Shown here one piece after another: positions 49,401-57,752 of a DNA stretch of 64,000 bases. The notes under the pieces are model-generated. The model ran no database searches, was not told the origin of the DNA, and saw only the letters and a program-made list of their open reading frames with translations. Numbering within the stretch: position 1 is the first letter of the stretch; every line of letters starts with the position of its first letter. The DNA is taken from positions 640,001-704,000 of the forward strand of contig CBDAOY010000005.1 in assembly GCA_965198225.1 (NCBI GenBank), given 5' to 3'. The DNA comes from Terriglobia bacterium (GTDB lineage Bacteria > Acidobacteriota > Terriglobia > 20CM-2-55-15). A program made the position numbers and the translations under genes.

Positions 49401-49492
49401 CCTATGAAGAGATCTTCGATTACTGGAAGGATGCTGACGCCGACCTGCCGACGTTGCTGGAGCTCCGATCCGAGTACGCCAACCTGAGCTAG
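46484..49492 (+). CDS. Membrane-anchored Hanks-type Ser/Thr kinase with TPR region
   Basis: Kinase motifs, one TM segment, DFENTTGEPVFD domain, TPR helices. Confidence 0.95.
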   Translation: MIGETVAHYKILGQLGTGGMGVVYRAEDTKLHRTVALKFLPPDIAADERAVERFKREARAAAALNHPNICTIHEIGEHDGQPFIVMELLEGRTLKERLEAGSLSVDDLLEMGTQIADALDAAHQKGMVHRDIKPANIFLTHAGSVKVLDFGLVKTVAGPAEASTLDERATVDDMELTRAGSAVGTVAYMSPEQVRGEELDARSDLFSFGLVLYEMATGRQPFSGSTSGVVFEAILNRAPTAPAHLNPDVPPQLEAIINKALEKRADLRYQHASDIRSDIKRLRRDTDSGLSSATTSVPAYPSGARSGSKVAMGIVAVAVVLLAVIFIVAFQLGGGSALEESDLILLTDFENTTGEPVFDDTLKQALAVKLAESPFLNVVADQRVRETLRFMDRSPDERVTPDIGREICEREGIKAMMTGQIVPLGSSFVITLTALNCATGETIAAEQVQAESAEQVLSVLGQAAVNIRGQLGESLPMIESFNTPIEATTSSLDALKAFSLAEAQRAMGRDQESAPFYRRALEFDPEFAVAYARLGTVLNNMDDHEAAIENYRKAFELRERASERERFYLTAHYHATVEGDTDKAIETYNLWRETYPRDSTPPTNLANIYSRRRQWEQVVEWARISLELEAHPIPYGQLVNAYQNLGKGDEALETLEEWMEEFPEDGTPHSRMAQYRVQRGQFEEALETAEIAYRNERTSEHLEPLVEANLGLNRVSEARSLAEQAVEDNPENVRWRLWVYGMAEIHGDREVADAQVEWARGKPTEHLMIGMRATIVGMLGRVEEATALYEQALAVPVEQGRVFVLTDVAGVYLMAGYKDRAREATREALAENAAASKLAVAGLLALLGENDEAEALVQEIAEGSPSDEVLNEATLPAIEALIAVNRDEPDRALELLEDEHEFERAELPVPYVRGLAYARADRPDEALAEFRKILDNPGAAYLSVGNGMINMMASIETARLLAREGRNAEAAATYEEIFDYWKDADADLPTLLELRSEYANLS

Positions 49493-49526
49493 CCTGCCGG
49501 CATTTAAACTCCAAATCTTTCAGCGA

Positions 49527-49596
49527 GTGTAGGTGCGCTCTATCAGCGCACGTTGTTGCAGTTCGACGGATGTGCGGTCATAGACCGCACCTACAC
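49527..49596. repeat. GTAG-type REP doublet
   Basis: GTAGGTGCGCTCTATCAGCGCAC..GTGCGGTCATAGACCGCACCTAC. Confidence 0.85.
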
Positions 49597-49915
49597 GTAA
49601 TGTTAGCTACTTCACCTTGTGCGCGATGCCGATACCCACCCGATCCTGGTCCGCCCCTTCAGGAACCCGTTGTGAAAGTACTCGACCATGACCGCGCATC
49701 ATCGTCCTACGTTGGGCCGTAGGTTGGAAGGCGCTGTTCTTTCCGAGTTCGCGCACCTTCTCGTTCAAAGCTTGAACATCGCACGTTACACGCAACTTGG
49801 GGTCTGAAAACAATCCCGGGTAGTTTGGCCTGCCCTGTCCCGTCTTACCGTGCAGAATAATAAGGGAAGAACCCCCAGGCCGTGTCCGAGACGGCCTGTC
49901 TGAGTTGAGGCGGCA

Positions 49916-52219
49916 TTGAACGAGGGCTGGTCAAGAAGATTGATTCGGGTTGTTGGTCTCGCCGTGATTCTGTCCCTGGCGATACCCGGTTTCGCGCAGT
50001 TTCCCGGGGTGTCCTTGACACCCGGCAACATCCTGGCCGTTTCCGGCGCTGGCGTTCGCGAGTACACGCCTCTCGGTGTCGAGGTACAGCGCATCGGTGT
50101 CCCTTACCCGGAAGATGCGGGTCTGACCGAATTCCTCAGGGACATCGTCGTCGACCCTGAGGGAAACATCGAGGGCTTCAACGGTACGTTCCGGCCTTTT
50201 CTGAGCACGGTTGCCCCCGACAGCGGGACCCGCGCGCAGCCCCAGTGTTCGGGCTGGAGTACGGTGAACCACCCCACCTATGGAGGTATTGCGACCTGGC
50301 AGAACTATGTCTACGTGTCGGACATGCGGACGCTGAACACACCCGAAGCAGCTGCCGCGGGCGTCGTTCGCTTCGATACCCGGGATTTCTCGTGTCAGCG
50401 ATCGGCTGACAGCTCCGAATTGGTGGACGTCGCAGTCGGGCTGGATGGGCTGGTCTATGGTCTGACGAGGTTGCAGCTCATCAAGGTATACGACCCGGAG
50501 ACCCTCGCACTGATTCGCAACGTCCCCCTGCGAACCGGCGATCACAGGGCGATCGCCGTCAACAGGGCGGGCGACATTTTCAGTGCAACGGGCAACGGTA
50601 CAATCTATCGCCTTGACGGGAACGACGCTAGATCCACGCTCGACAGCCTCTCGGTTGCCGGCACCCTCGGCGACATCGATCTTTCCAGTACCGGCGGGCT
50701 CGTGCTGGCCTCTGTCGAGGGCATGGTCACTGTGACCGACGAGGCTCTGGAGGCGGCCACCGCGTTCGAAGGAGGTAATTCTGTTGCGTGGGTGCCGCCG
50801 TTTTCTCGCAGCGAAGTGCAGTTTTCAGTTCCGGATCGGGGAGGCGCCTCGGTCAATGTTACCGCGGGGGCGGAGGCGAGGGGATACGCCAGGATCGACC
50901 CGCTTCCGTTCAGCACCACTCCGGCCGGGTTGGCGATCCTGGGTTCCCGCCGGGGGAGCGTACTCGTTTCTGAATCGGCCTTTGGTGCGATCTCCCTCGG
51001 CACTTCGGGCCGTATTTTCGTCGAAATGGGCGGAGGGGTCCGCACGGGCGTCGCAATCGCAAACCCGGACGCGGTTGCCGCATCCCTTACATTCGAATTC
51101 ACATACCCGACGGGAGATCGTTTCGGCGGCGGGGTCCTCGATGTTCCTCCGGGGGCCCGCCTCCTGCGCTTCTTCGACGAGGGTCCGTTCGAGATCGCTT
51201 CGCCTCTGCTGGCAACATTCACGTTCAACTCAACGGTTCCCGTCGCGATCGCCGGTCTCCGAGAGTTGCTCAACGAGCGGGCGGAGCGTTTGACCACGAG
51301 CCTGCCGGTTGCTTCGATCACCACGACCGGGTTTCCCGGAGTGACAGTCGGCCAGACACAGTATCTCCCCCTCTTCGCCGGCGGCGGCGGCTGGGTCTCG
51401 CAACTCGTGATCGTCAATCCAAGCGAACAGACCATCGACGGATCCGTTCGCATCCGGGGGCAGGACACCGCTTTTGATCCTCTCTCGGTGGTCGTGAACG
51501 GCAAGCGCGCAGAAACCTTTGCGTATTCCATCCCACCGCGCAGCGCGACACGAATGCGAGTCGAGGCCTTCGAGTCCGCTGTCGTTGTCGGATCGCTCGA
51601 AGTTGCTCCTTCTCTCAACCAGGGGTCTCCGTTTGCTTTCATTATCGTCCGATACCGCAACGGTCCCTTCACCGTCTCGGAAGCTGCTCTTAGCGCATCT
51701 TCGCTCGGAAGGGCGTTCCGGATGTACGCGGAAATAACGGAGGAGGCGGGAGGCTCCACGCGGACAGGAATCGCTGTCGCGAACCCATCTTCGAACCCCG
51801 TCTCCCTGGCGTTCGATCTCCATACTCTCGGGGGAACCCGACTCGATGCGACCGGGGCGCAAACGATACCGGCTCTCGGTCAGATGACGATGTTCGTTGA
51901 TCAGATTCCCGGGTTCGAGTCCATCTCGAAACCGTTCCAGGGCGTGCTCGCCGTCGAAACGTCCGCCGACGAGTCCGTTGCTGTCACCGGTCTTCGGGGG
52001 CGCCTGAACGAGCGCGGAGACTTCCTTATCGCCGCGACGGCGCCAGCATTGGCGCAGACAATCCCCTCGACGTCGGGAATTACATTTCCCTACCTTGAGG
52101 TCGGCGAGAGCGATTCCGCCCAGTTCGTCTTCTTCGCAGGCTCCACGGGTCAGATTACCCGGGGTAAGCTCCGCTTTCTGTCGGAAACCGGTCAGAAGCT
52201 CACGTTGACGCTGCCATAA
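49916..52219 (+). CDS. Exported protein: beta-propeller-like N-terminus plus duplicated beta-rich C-terminal domain
   Basis: Signal peptide ending PGFA-Q; repeats RTGVAIANP..GLR..LNER and RTGIAVANP..GLR..LNER. Confidence 0.75.
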   Translation: MNEGWSRRLIRVVGLAVILSLAIPGFAQFPGVSLTPGNILAVSGAGVREYTPLGVEVQRIGVPYPEDAGLTEFLRDIVVDPEGNIEGFNGTFRPFLSTVAPDSGTRAQPQCSGWSTVNHPTYGGIATWQNYVYVSDMRTLNTPEAAAAGVVRFDTRDFSCQRSADSSELVDVAVGLDGLVYGLTRLQLIKVYDPETLALIRNVPLRTGDHRAIAVNRAGDIFSATGNGTIYRLDGNDARSTLDSLSVAGTLGDIDLSSTGGLVLASVEGMVTVTDEALEAATAFEGGNSVAWVPPFSRSEVQFSVPDRGGASVNVTAGAEARGYARIDPLPFSTTPAGLAILGSRRGSVLVSESAFGAISLGTSGRIFVEMGGGVRTGVAIANPDAVAASLTFEFTYPTGDRFGGGVLDVPPGARLLRFFDEGPFEIASPLLATFTFNSTVPVAIAGLRELLNERAERLTTSLPVASITTTGFPGVTVGQTQYLPLFAGGGGWVSQLVIVNPSEQTIDGSVRIRGQDTAFDPLSVVVNGKRAETFAYSIPPRSATRMRVEAFESAVVVGSLEVAPSLNQGSPFAFIIVRYRNGPFTVSEAALSASSLGRAFRMYAEITEEAGGSTRTGIAVANPSSNPVSLAFDLHTLGGTRLDATGAQTIPALGQMTMFVDQIPGFESISKPFQGVLAVETSADESVAVTGLRGRLNERGDFLIAATAPALAQTIPSTSGITFPYLEVGESDSAQFVFFAGSTGQITRGKLRFLSETGQKLTLTLP

Positions 52220-52413
52220 GCGCTTGATGGCCAAGTTTGAGAATGTTGCTGATCCGATCCAAGGGACTAACGGTGTCGTCAACGATGAGCATTCAGCTCT
52301 CCGCTATCATGCTTCTGCCACTGGGTGATTGGGCCAACTGGACAATCGCGAGGAGTCTGTAGTAGGTTGTCCAACTTCGACAAGCCATTCAACCGAGGAG
52401 GATCGCTAGAATC

Positions 52414-52833
52414 ATGGGAAAAACCTACCAGTCGACAACCGTAAACGCTTCCGCGGATGAAGTGTGGGCCACGATCCGAAATTTTCATGACATGTCCTGG
52501 GCGTCGAGCATCGTCTCCGATTGCAAACCGGTCGGAGATCTGAAAGGGGATCAGGTCGGAGCCAAGCGGGTTCTCAACGACGCGTTCCATGAGACGCTGC
52601 TGGAGTTGAGCGACATCGATCACAGAGTTCGATACAGCATCGACAACGGTCCCCCGCCTGTCTGCGACGCGGATGATTACATCGGTCTTCTGCAGGTGTC
52701 CGCGGTCACCGACGACAACACGGCATACGTGGAGTGGTCTTCGAGGTGGCACGGGAAGGACGCAGAGACGGCTGAGTTCTGCAGTCCTCTCTACGTGAGC
52801 ATGCTCGGAGACTTGAAGAAAAAGTTCGGCTGA
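52414..52833 (+). CDS. SRPBCC (polyketide cyclase/dehydrase-like) family protein
   Basis: VNASADEVWATIRNFHDMSW..VGAKR..ETLLELSD..YSI; GAGGAGG RBS. Confidence 0.88.
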   Translation: MGKTYQSTTVNASADEVWATIRNFHDMSWASSIVSDCKPVGDLKGDQVGAKRVLNDAFHETLLELSDIDHRVRYSIDNGPPPVCDADDYIGLLQVSAVTDDNTAYVEWSSRWHGKDAETAEFCSPLYVSMLGDLKKKFG

Positions 52834-52860
52834 GCGGAGCCGCAGAAATGTGCGGCTTCA

Positions 52861-52934
52861 GGTGTAGGTGCGCTCTATGAGCGCACAAATGTCCGCGGGA
52901 CCACAAGTTGTGCGGTCATAGACCGTACCTACAC
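52861..52934. repeat. GTAG-type REP doublet (degenerate third unit near 52985-53002)
   Basis: GTAGGTGCGCTCTATGAGCGCAC..GTGCGGTCATAGACCGTACCTAC. Confidence 0.85.
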
Positions 52935-53060
52935 GTGAAAAGCCCGCCACCCGATTCTCCGTTACCATAATTCGGTCACAGCTTGATAGACCGCACCTGC
53001 ACCGACTTCAACTGTGGCGTCGACAGAATTTCCAGGAGCAATAACTGATTCGGAGTCCAT

Positions 53061-53405
53061 ATGGCACGAGTTGAATGGAGCTACCACCGCCCTGCATGAA
53101 AGACCTGCGGACGAACGCAGGAGTTTCTTGCGAAGAACGGAATCGAAATCGCCGAGCAACTAAACGCACGCAAGGTGGCCCTGCTCGAGGAAGAGGTATT
53201 GAACCTCGTCAAGAAGGTCGATCGCATCTATGCGAGCGCCGGCAGGAAAGTCGTTTTCTTCGACCTCAAGAAAGAGAAGCCCGAAAGCGAAGCGCTTTTC
53301 AAGGCAATCTGCCGGAACGGTAAACTGCGAGCGCCCGCCTTGCGCAAAGGCAAGACACTGATCGTCGGATTCCACGAAGAAACCTATTCTCACGTTTTCG
53401 CGTGA
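53061..53405 (+). CDS. ArsC/Spx-like thioredoxin-fold selenoprotein (UxxC; UGA at 53097-53099)
   Basis: GGAG RBS; MARVEWSYHRPA*KTCGRTQEFL is in frame with ORF 53175..53405 (GKLRAPALRKGKTLIVGF). Confidence 0.85.
53100..53132 (+). promoter_or_regulatory. Candidate bacterial SECIS element
   Basis: CGCAGGA-GUU-UCUUGCG hairpin with loop 23 nt after UGA; alternative CCUGCG-GACGAA-CGCAGG. Confidence 0.6.
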
Positions 53406-53427
53406 CGACCCGAGAAATGAGGACCGT

Positions 53428-53814
53428 ATGAACCGTCACATTAATCCAGACACACTGGGCCCACCCCACGGGTACACACACGTCGTCGAGACACGCGGGG
53501 TGCGAACCGTATACATCTCAGGGCAGGTCGGCGAGGATCGGGAAGGCCGGGTCGTCGGCAACGACTTCGCCTCACAGGCTCGACAGGTGTTCGAGAACCT
53601 CAAGGCTGCACTCGAGGCCGTCGGGGCGAATTTCGGCGACGTCGCCAAGACCACGACATACGTCCTGGACATGTCCGCGATCCAAACACTTCGTGAGATT
53701 CGGTCCGGCTACCTCGGTTCGAATCCCCCCGCCAACACGCTTGTCGAGGTAAACAAACTGGCTCATCCCGACTATTTGATCGAGATCGAAGCCGTCGCCG
53801 TCCTCGACGATTGA
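53428..53814 (+). CDS. RidA/YjgF family protein
   Basis: GYTHVV..VYISGQVG..QARQVFENL..PPANTLVEV..L..P..LIEIEAVA. Confidence 0.92.
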   Translation: MNRHINPDTLGPPHGYTHVVETRGVRTVYISGQVGEDREGRVVGNDFASQARQVFENLKAALEAVGANFGDVAKTTTYVLDMSAIQTLREIRSGYLGSNPPANTLVEVNKLAHPDYLIEIEAVAVLDD

Positions 53815-53899
53815 ATCGCCGCCAAGGCTTTCCCTTGACAATCTACAGGGGTGATTCGCTATCATTGGTGTTGTCGAACGTCTAGTGGAGAGGAAACTT

Positions 53900-54232
53900 A
53901 TGCCAAAGCGAAAAGCGGACCTGCTGCAGGGAACACTCGACCTGCTGATACTGCGGACCCTCGATCTGGGGGCCATGCACGGTTGGGGTATCTCGCAGCA
54001 CATCCAGCAGATTTCAGACGGTGTGCTCCACGTTCAGCAGGGCTCGCTCTACCCGGCTCTCCATCGCCTGGAGCTGGAAGGCTGGATCGACTCCGACTGG
54101 GGCACGTCCGAGAACAACAGGCGCGCACGCTATTACAAGCTCACCCGCACGGGACGCAGGCAATTGTCCGAGGAAACCGAGAACTGGGAACGCCTGTCGG
54201 CAGCTGTATTCCGAGTGCTGGAGACCGCCTGA
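53900..54232 (+). CDS. PadR family regulator (Acidobacterial type)
   Basis: [37 protein letters not shown]. Confidence 0.94.
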   Translation: MPKRKADLLQGTLDLLILRTLDLGAMHGWGISQHIQQISDGVLHVQQGSLYPALHRLELEGWIDSDWGTSENNRRARYYKLTRTGRRQLSEETENWERLSAAVFRVLETA

Positions 54233-54236
54233 TCGT

Positions 54237-56885
54237 ATGGTTGGGAAACTGTTCCGAGTCTTGAAATCGTTGGTTCGCCGGCCATCGGTCGAGCGGGAAC
54301 TGGACGAAGAAGTGCGCTTCCATCTCGAGATGGAGATCGAGCGCCACGTGCGGAACGGTATGAGCCGCAAAGAGGCCAAGCTGCAAGCCAACAAGGACTT
54401 CGGAGGTTTCGAGCAGATCAAAGAAGAGTGTCGTGACGCTCGGGGGACACGGTTGATCGACAATCTCTGGCAGGATCTGCGGTTCGGTGCGCGGACCCTC
54501 GCCAAGCGGCCCGGGTTCAGCATTGCCGTGATCGCTGTGCTGGCACTCGGGATCGGGGCGAACACTGCGATCTTCAGCGCGGTCAACGGCGTCCTGCTCC
54601 AACCCCTGGACTACGAGCACGGGGAGCGCCTCCTCCTTCTGCGGCAGCAGGCACCCACCGCAGGTATCCGGAGCATCGGTTTCTCTCCGAAAGAGCTGAT
54701 CGACTACCGAGAGATGAGCCAGACCCTCGACGCCATCGTCGAGTACCACATGATGTGGTTCATCCTTCTCGGTGGCGAGCGCCCGGCCAGGGTCCAGACA
54801 GGGGTCGTGTCGTGGGATTTCTTCGACGTTTTCGGTACTGAACCGCATCTCGGCCGGAGCTTCCGGCCCGAAGATGAGACACACGGTTCGGAAGCGGTTC
54901 TGATCCTCAGCCACGACTACTGGCTCGAAGCGTTCGAAGGCGACCCGAATGTCGTCGGCCGTCTCTTCGAGATGAATGACCAGCCGCACCGGGTGATCGG
55001 AGTTTTACCGCCGATTCCCGAATACCCGAACGACAACGACGTGTACATGCCGGTGTCACACTGTCCCTTCCGGTCCGATCCTGACACGGTGGCGGACCGA
55101 GATGCGCGGGCATCGCAGGCCTTCGGCCGGATGAAACCCGGTGTGTCGATCGATGACGTCGAAGCGGACTTCGCGACGATCACCGATGAATTATCGTCGA
55201 AGTACCCTGAGTCATACCCGAACGACCGTGGGCTCGAGGTCGAGTCTGTCCCGCTGCGGGAGGAACTGACACACGGGGCCCGCCCGACGTTCGTCCTGTT
55301 GCTGGCCACGGCCGGAATGGTTTTGCTCATTGCCAGCGCCAACGTTGCGAACCTGCTGCTGGCCCGCGCGATGCGCCGTGAACGGGAGATGGCAATCCGC
55401 GTCGCGATGGGAGCGGGCCGTGCGCGACTCTTACGTCAGATGACGGTGGAGAGTCTGATGCTGACACTGGCCGGTGGGGGACTCGGTCTGATCCTTGCAA
55501 TCAACGGCCTGGACCTGCTCGTCTCCTTCGCAGACCGGTTTACTCCACGCGCGGTGGATATGGCCATCGACGGATGGGTCCTGGCGTTTGCGCTGGGCGT
55601 TTCGGTCCTGATCGGATTGATATTCGGTCTGTTGCCCGCATTGCCGGTCGGTCGGTCCCCGGCGGAGTCGCTTAGGGAAGGCTTCAGCGATGCATCCGCC
55701 TCGGTCGGCAAGCAGTTCGCCCGCAACGGGCTCGTCGTGGCCCAGGTGGCGATCTCCTTCGTGCTGCTCATCAGCGCCGGACTGATGGTTCGCAGCCTGA
55801 TCCAGTTGAACCGTGTCGACCCGGGTTTCGACCCGGAGAATGTCCTGACGATGCGGATCGACTTGAACTTTTCCAAGTACACGCACTACGAAGAAAACAT
55901 CGGTTTCTTCTCGAGCCTCCTCGACAGGCTTCAAGAACATCCGGACGTGATTACGGCAGCGGTATCGGGCACGTTCCCGCTCAACGAAATCAGTCCCGGT
56001 TCGGAACAGTTCATGATCGAAGGACCAGCGGTGGCGGACATGCCGGATCGATTCTGGGCCGACTTCATTGCCGTGAGTCCGGACTATTTCCGTACGGTCG
56101 GCGTTCCCGTCATCAGCGGCCGGGCCTTCACGGGCGACGACCTGCATCAAAGTCCGCCCGTCGTGATCGTCAACGAATCGCTGGCCCGTCACCACTGGGG
56201 TGGGCGGAGTCCGGTCGGGGAACGGATCTCCCCGGATGGAGAGGGCTGGTTCGAGATCGTGGGCGTCGTCGGCGATGTCAAGCAGGAGAGTCTAATCGAC
56301 GAGGCAGAGGACCAGATGTACGTCCCGCTCGACCAGGCGACACCGCTCAGCAGCACCGTCCTCGTCCGAACGGCAGGAGAACCGACCGTCCTGGCAGGCG
56401 TCGTCCAGGACCTGGTCCGCGACATCGATGACCAGCAGCCTGTGGACAACTTCCGTACGCTGGAGAAGGTACGGAGCGATTCGATTTCCTCGCCTCGTCT
56501 GACGACCATCCTGATCAGCCTGTTCGCGGCCCTGTCGGTGACCATCACAGCGGCCGGAATCGGAGCGATAATCGCCCTGGCCGTCAGCCAACGTACACAC
56601 GAGATCGGCGTCCGCACCGCTCTGGGCGCGTCGTCGCTCGAAGTTCTATGGATGGTCATGCGGCAGGGCCTGACACTCATCGCTGCGGGTCTCCTCCTTG
56701 GCGTGGTCGGCTCTCTCGCCCTGGTCCGATTCATGACCGCGGTCCTGTTCGAGGTCGAACCCACCGACCCGGTAACCTTCCTGGCCGTCGCGATCATGGT
56801 CGTGTCGGTCGCCTCGGCCGCATGCTTCATACCGGCCCGCCGTGCCGTCACCATCGATCCGATGTCCGCCCTTCGGGCGGACTAG
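54237..56885 (+). CDS. ADOP-type permease with N-terminal permease-prefix domain
   Basis: ELDEEVRFHLEME..FGGFEQIKEECRD prefix; WQDLRFG; duplicated FtsX domains. Confidence 0.93.
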   Translation: MVGKLFRVLKSLVRRPSVERELDEEVRFHLEMEIERHVRNGMSRKEAKLQANKDFGGFEQIKEECRDARGTRLIDNLWQDLRFGARTLAKRPGFSIAVIAVLALGIGANTAIFSAVNGVLLQPLDYEHGERLLLLRQQAPTAGIRSIGFSPKELIDYREMSQTLDAIVEYHMMWFILLGGERPARVQTGVVSWDFFDVFGTEPHLGRSFRPEDETHGSEAVLILSHDYWLEAFEGDPNVVGRLFEMNDQPHRVIGVLPPIPEYPNDNDVYMPVSHCPFRSDPDTVADRDARASQAFGRMKPGVSIDDVEADFATITDELSSKYPESYPNDRGLEVESVPLREELTHGARPTFVLLLATAGMVLLIASANVANLLLARAMRREREMAIRVAMGAGRARLLRQMTVESLMLTLAGGGLGLILAINGLDLLVSFADRFTPRAVDMAIDGWVLAFALGVSVLIGLIFGLLPALPVGRSPAESLREGFSDASASVGKQFARNGLVVAQVAISFVLLISAGLMVRSLIQLNRVDPGFDPENVLTMRIDLNFSKYTHYEENIGFFSSLLDRLQEHPDVITAAVSGTFPLNEISPGSEQFMIEGPAVADMPDRFWADFIAVSPDYFRTVGVPVISGRAFTGDDLHQSPPVVIVNESLARHHWGGRSPVGERISPDGEGWFEIVGVVGDVKQESLIDEAEDQMYVPLDQATPLSSTVLVRTAGEPTVLAGVVQDLVRDIDDQQPVDNFRTLEKVRSDSISSPRLTTILISLFAALSVTITAAGIGAIIALAVSQRTHEIGVRTALGASSLEVLWMVMRQGLTLIAAGLLLGVVGSLALVRFMTAVLFEVEPTDPVTFLAVAIMVVSVASAACFIPARRAVTIDPMSALRAD

Positions 56886-56900
56886 AAGACGTAGGCCGTT

Positions 56901-56971
56901 GGTGTAGGTGCGGTCTATGACCGCACAGTGTTCTAGCATGAGGGATGTGCGCTCATAGAGCGCACCTACAC
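56901..56971. repeat. GTAG-type REP doublet
   Basis: GTAGGTGCGGTCTATGACCGCAC..GTGCGCTCATAGAGCGCACCTAC. Confidence 0.85.
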
Positions 56972-57152
56972 GCACTCCTCCGTGAGGCGAAACGAGCCGT
57001 GAGAGAGCCACTGTGAGGGGGACAGGGGCCTGGCCCTGTCCCCGGGGTGTCTGGTAAGCAGAAATGTCGGCGAACGACAACCACTGGCCCCAGAATCCGC
57101 TAGAGACGATCCATTCTTGTCACTCGTCACTTGATGTTAGAATTCCCGCTCT

Positions 57153-57752
57153 ATGGAACCTCCTGTGCAGCGACAACTCGTGCTTGCTTCGCAGTCGCCG
57201 CGTCGTCGTGAGCTTCTGGCTCTGCTCGGATTCCCGTTTACCGTTGTCCATTCCAGGGCGAGCGAGACGCCGGCGGAGGGAGAGAGTCCGACTGCTTTCG
57301 TGAAACGGGCTGCGCGCGACAAGGGGATCGAAGTGGCCGCCCGGGTCCCGGCTTCTATCATCCTGTCCGCGGACACCATCGTTGTGGTCGATGGCGAGAT
57401 TCTTGGAAAGCCTGTCGACGACGACGACGCAGTCCGGATGCTTGAACTGCTATCGGGTAGACGGCACTCCGTCTACACTGCTGTGGCCGTCGTCGATTCC
57501 GATACGAGTTCCAGGCTCGAAGGCATCGAGGAGACCAAGGTGTGGTTTCGCGAACTGGACCGCGCCGCGATTGATTCCTACATCCGTCGCGAGGACGTGA
57601 TGGACAAGGCCGGCGCGTACGCTATCCAGGGCTATGCCTCGATCTTCATCCCGAAGATCGAAGGAAACTATCCCAACGTCGTCGGACTCCCTTTTCCGCT
57701 GACTTCCGATCTGCTCGCCTCGTGCGGACTGCCATGCCCCACATCATCGTAG
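57153..57752 (+). CDS. maf: Maf family nucleoside triphosphate pyrophosphatase (YhdE-type)
   Basis: LASQSPRRRELL, ADTIV..ILGKP, DKAGAYAIQG, NVVGLP. Confidence 0.93.
   Translation: MEPPVQRQLVLASQSPRRRELLALLGFPFTVVHSRASETPAEGESPTAFVKRAARDKGIEVAARVPASIILSADTIVVVDGEILGKPVDDDDAVRMLELLSGRRHSVYTAVAVVDSDTSSRLEGIEETKVWFRELDRAAIDSYIRREDVMDKAGAYAIQGYASIFIPKIEGNYPNVVGLPFPLTSDLLASCGLPCPTSS

Noticed and set aside
49607-49813. 68-aa minus-strand ORF
   Set aside because: No recognisable motif or RBS; possibly a decayed fragment, but not supportable.
22154-56971. REP doublets as mini-CRISPRs
   Set aside because: Units are inverted and dispersed rather than direct tandem repeats.
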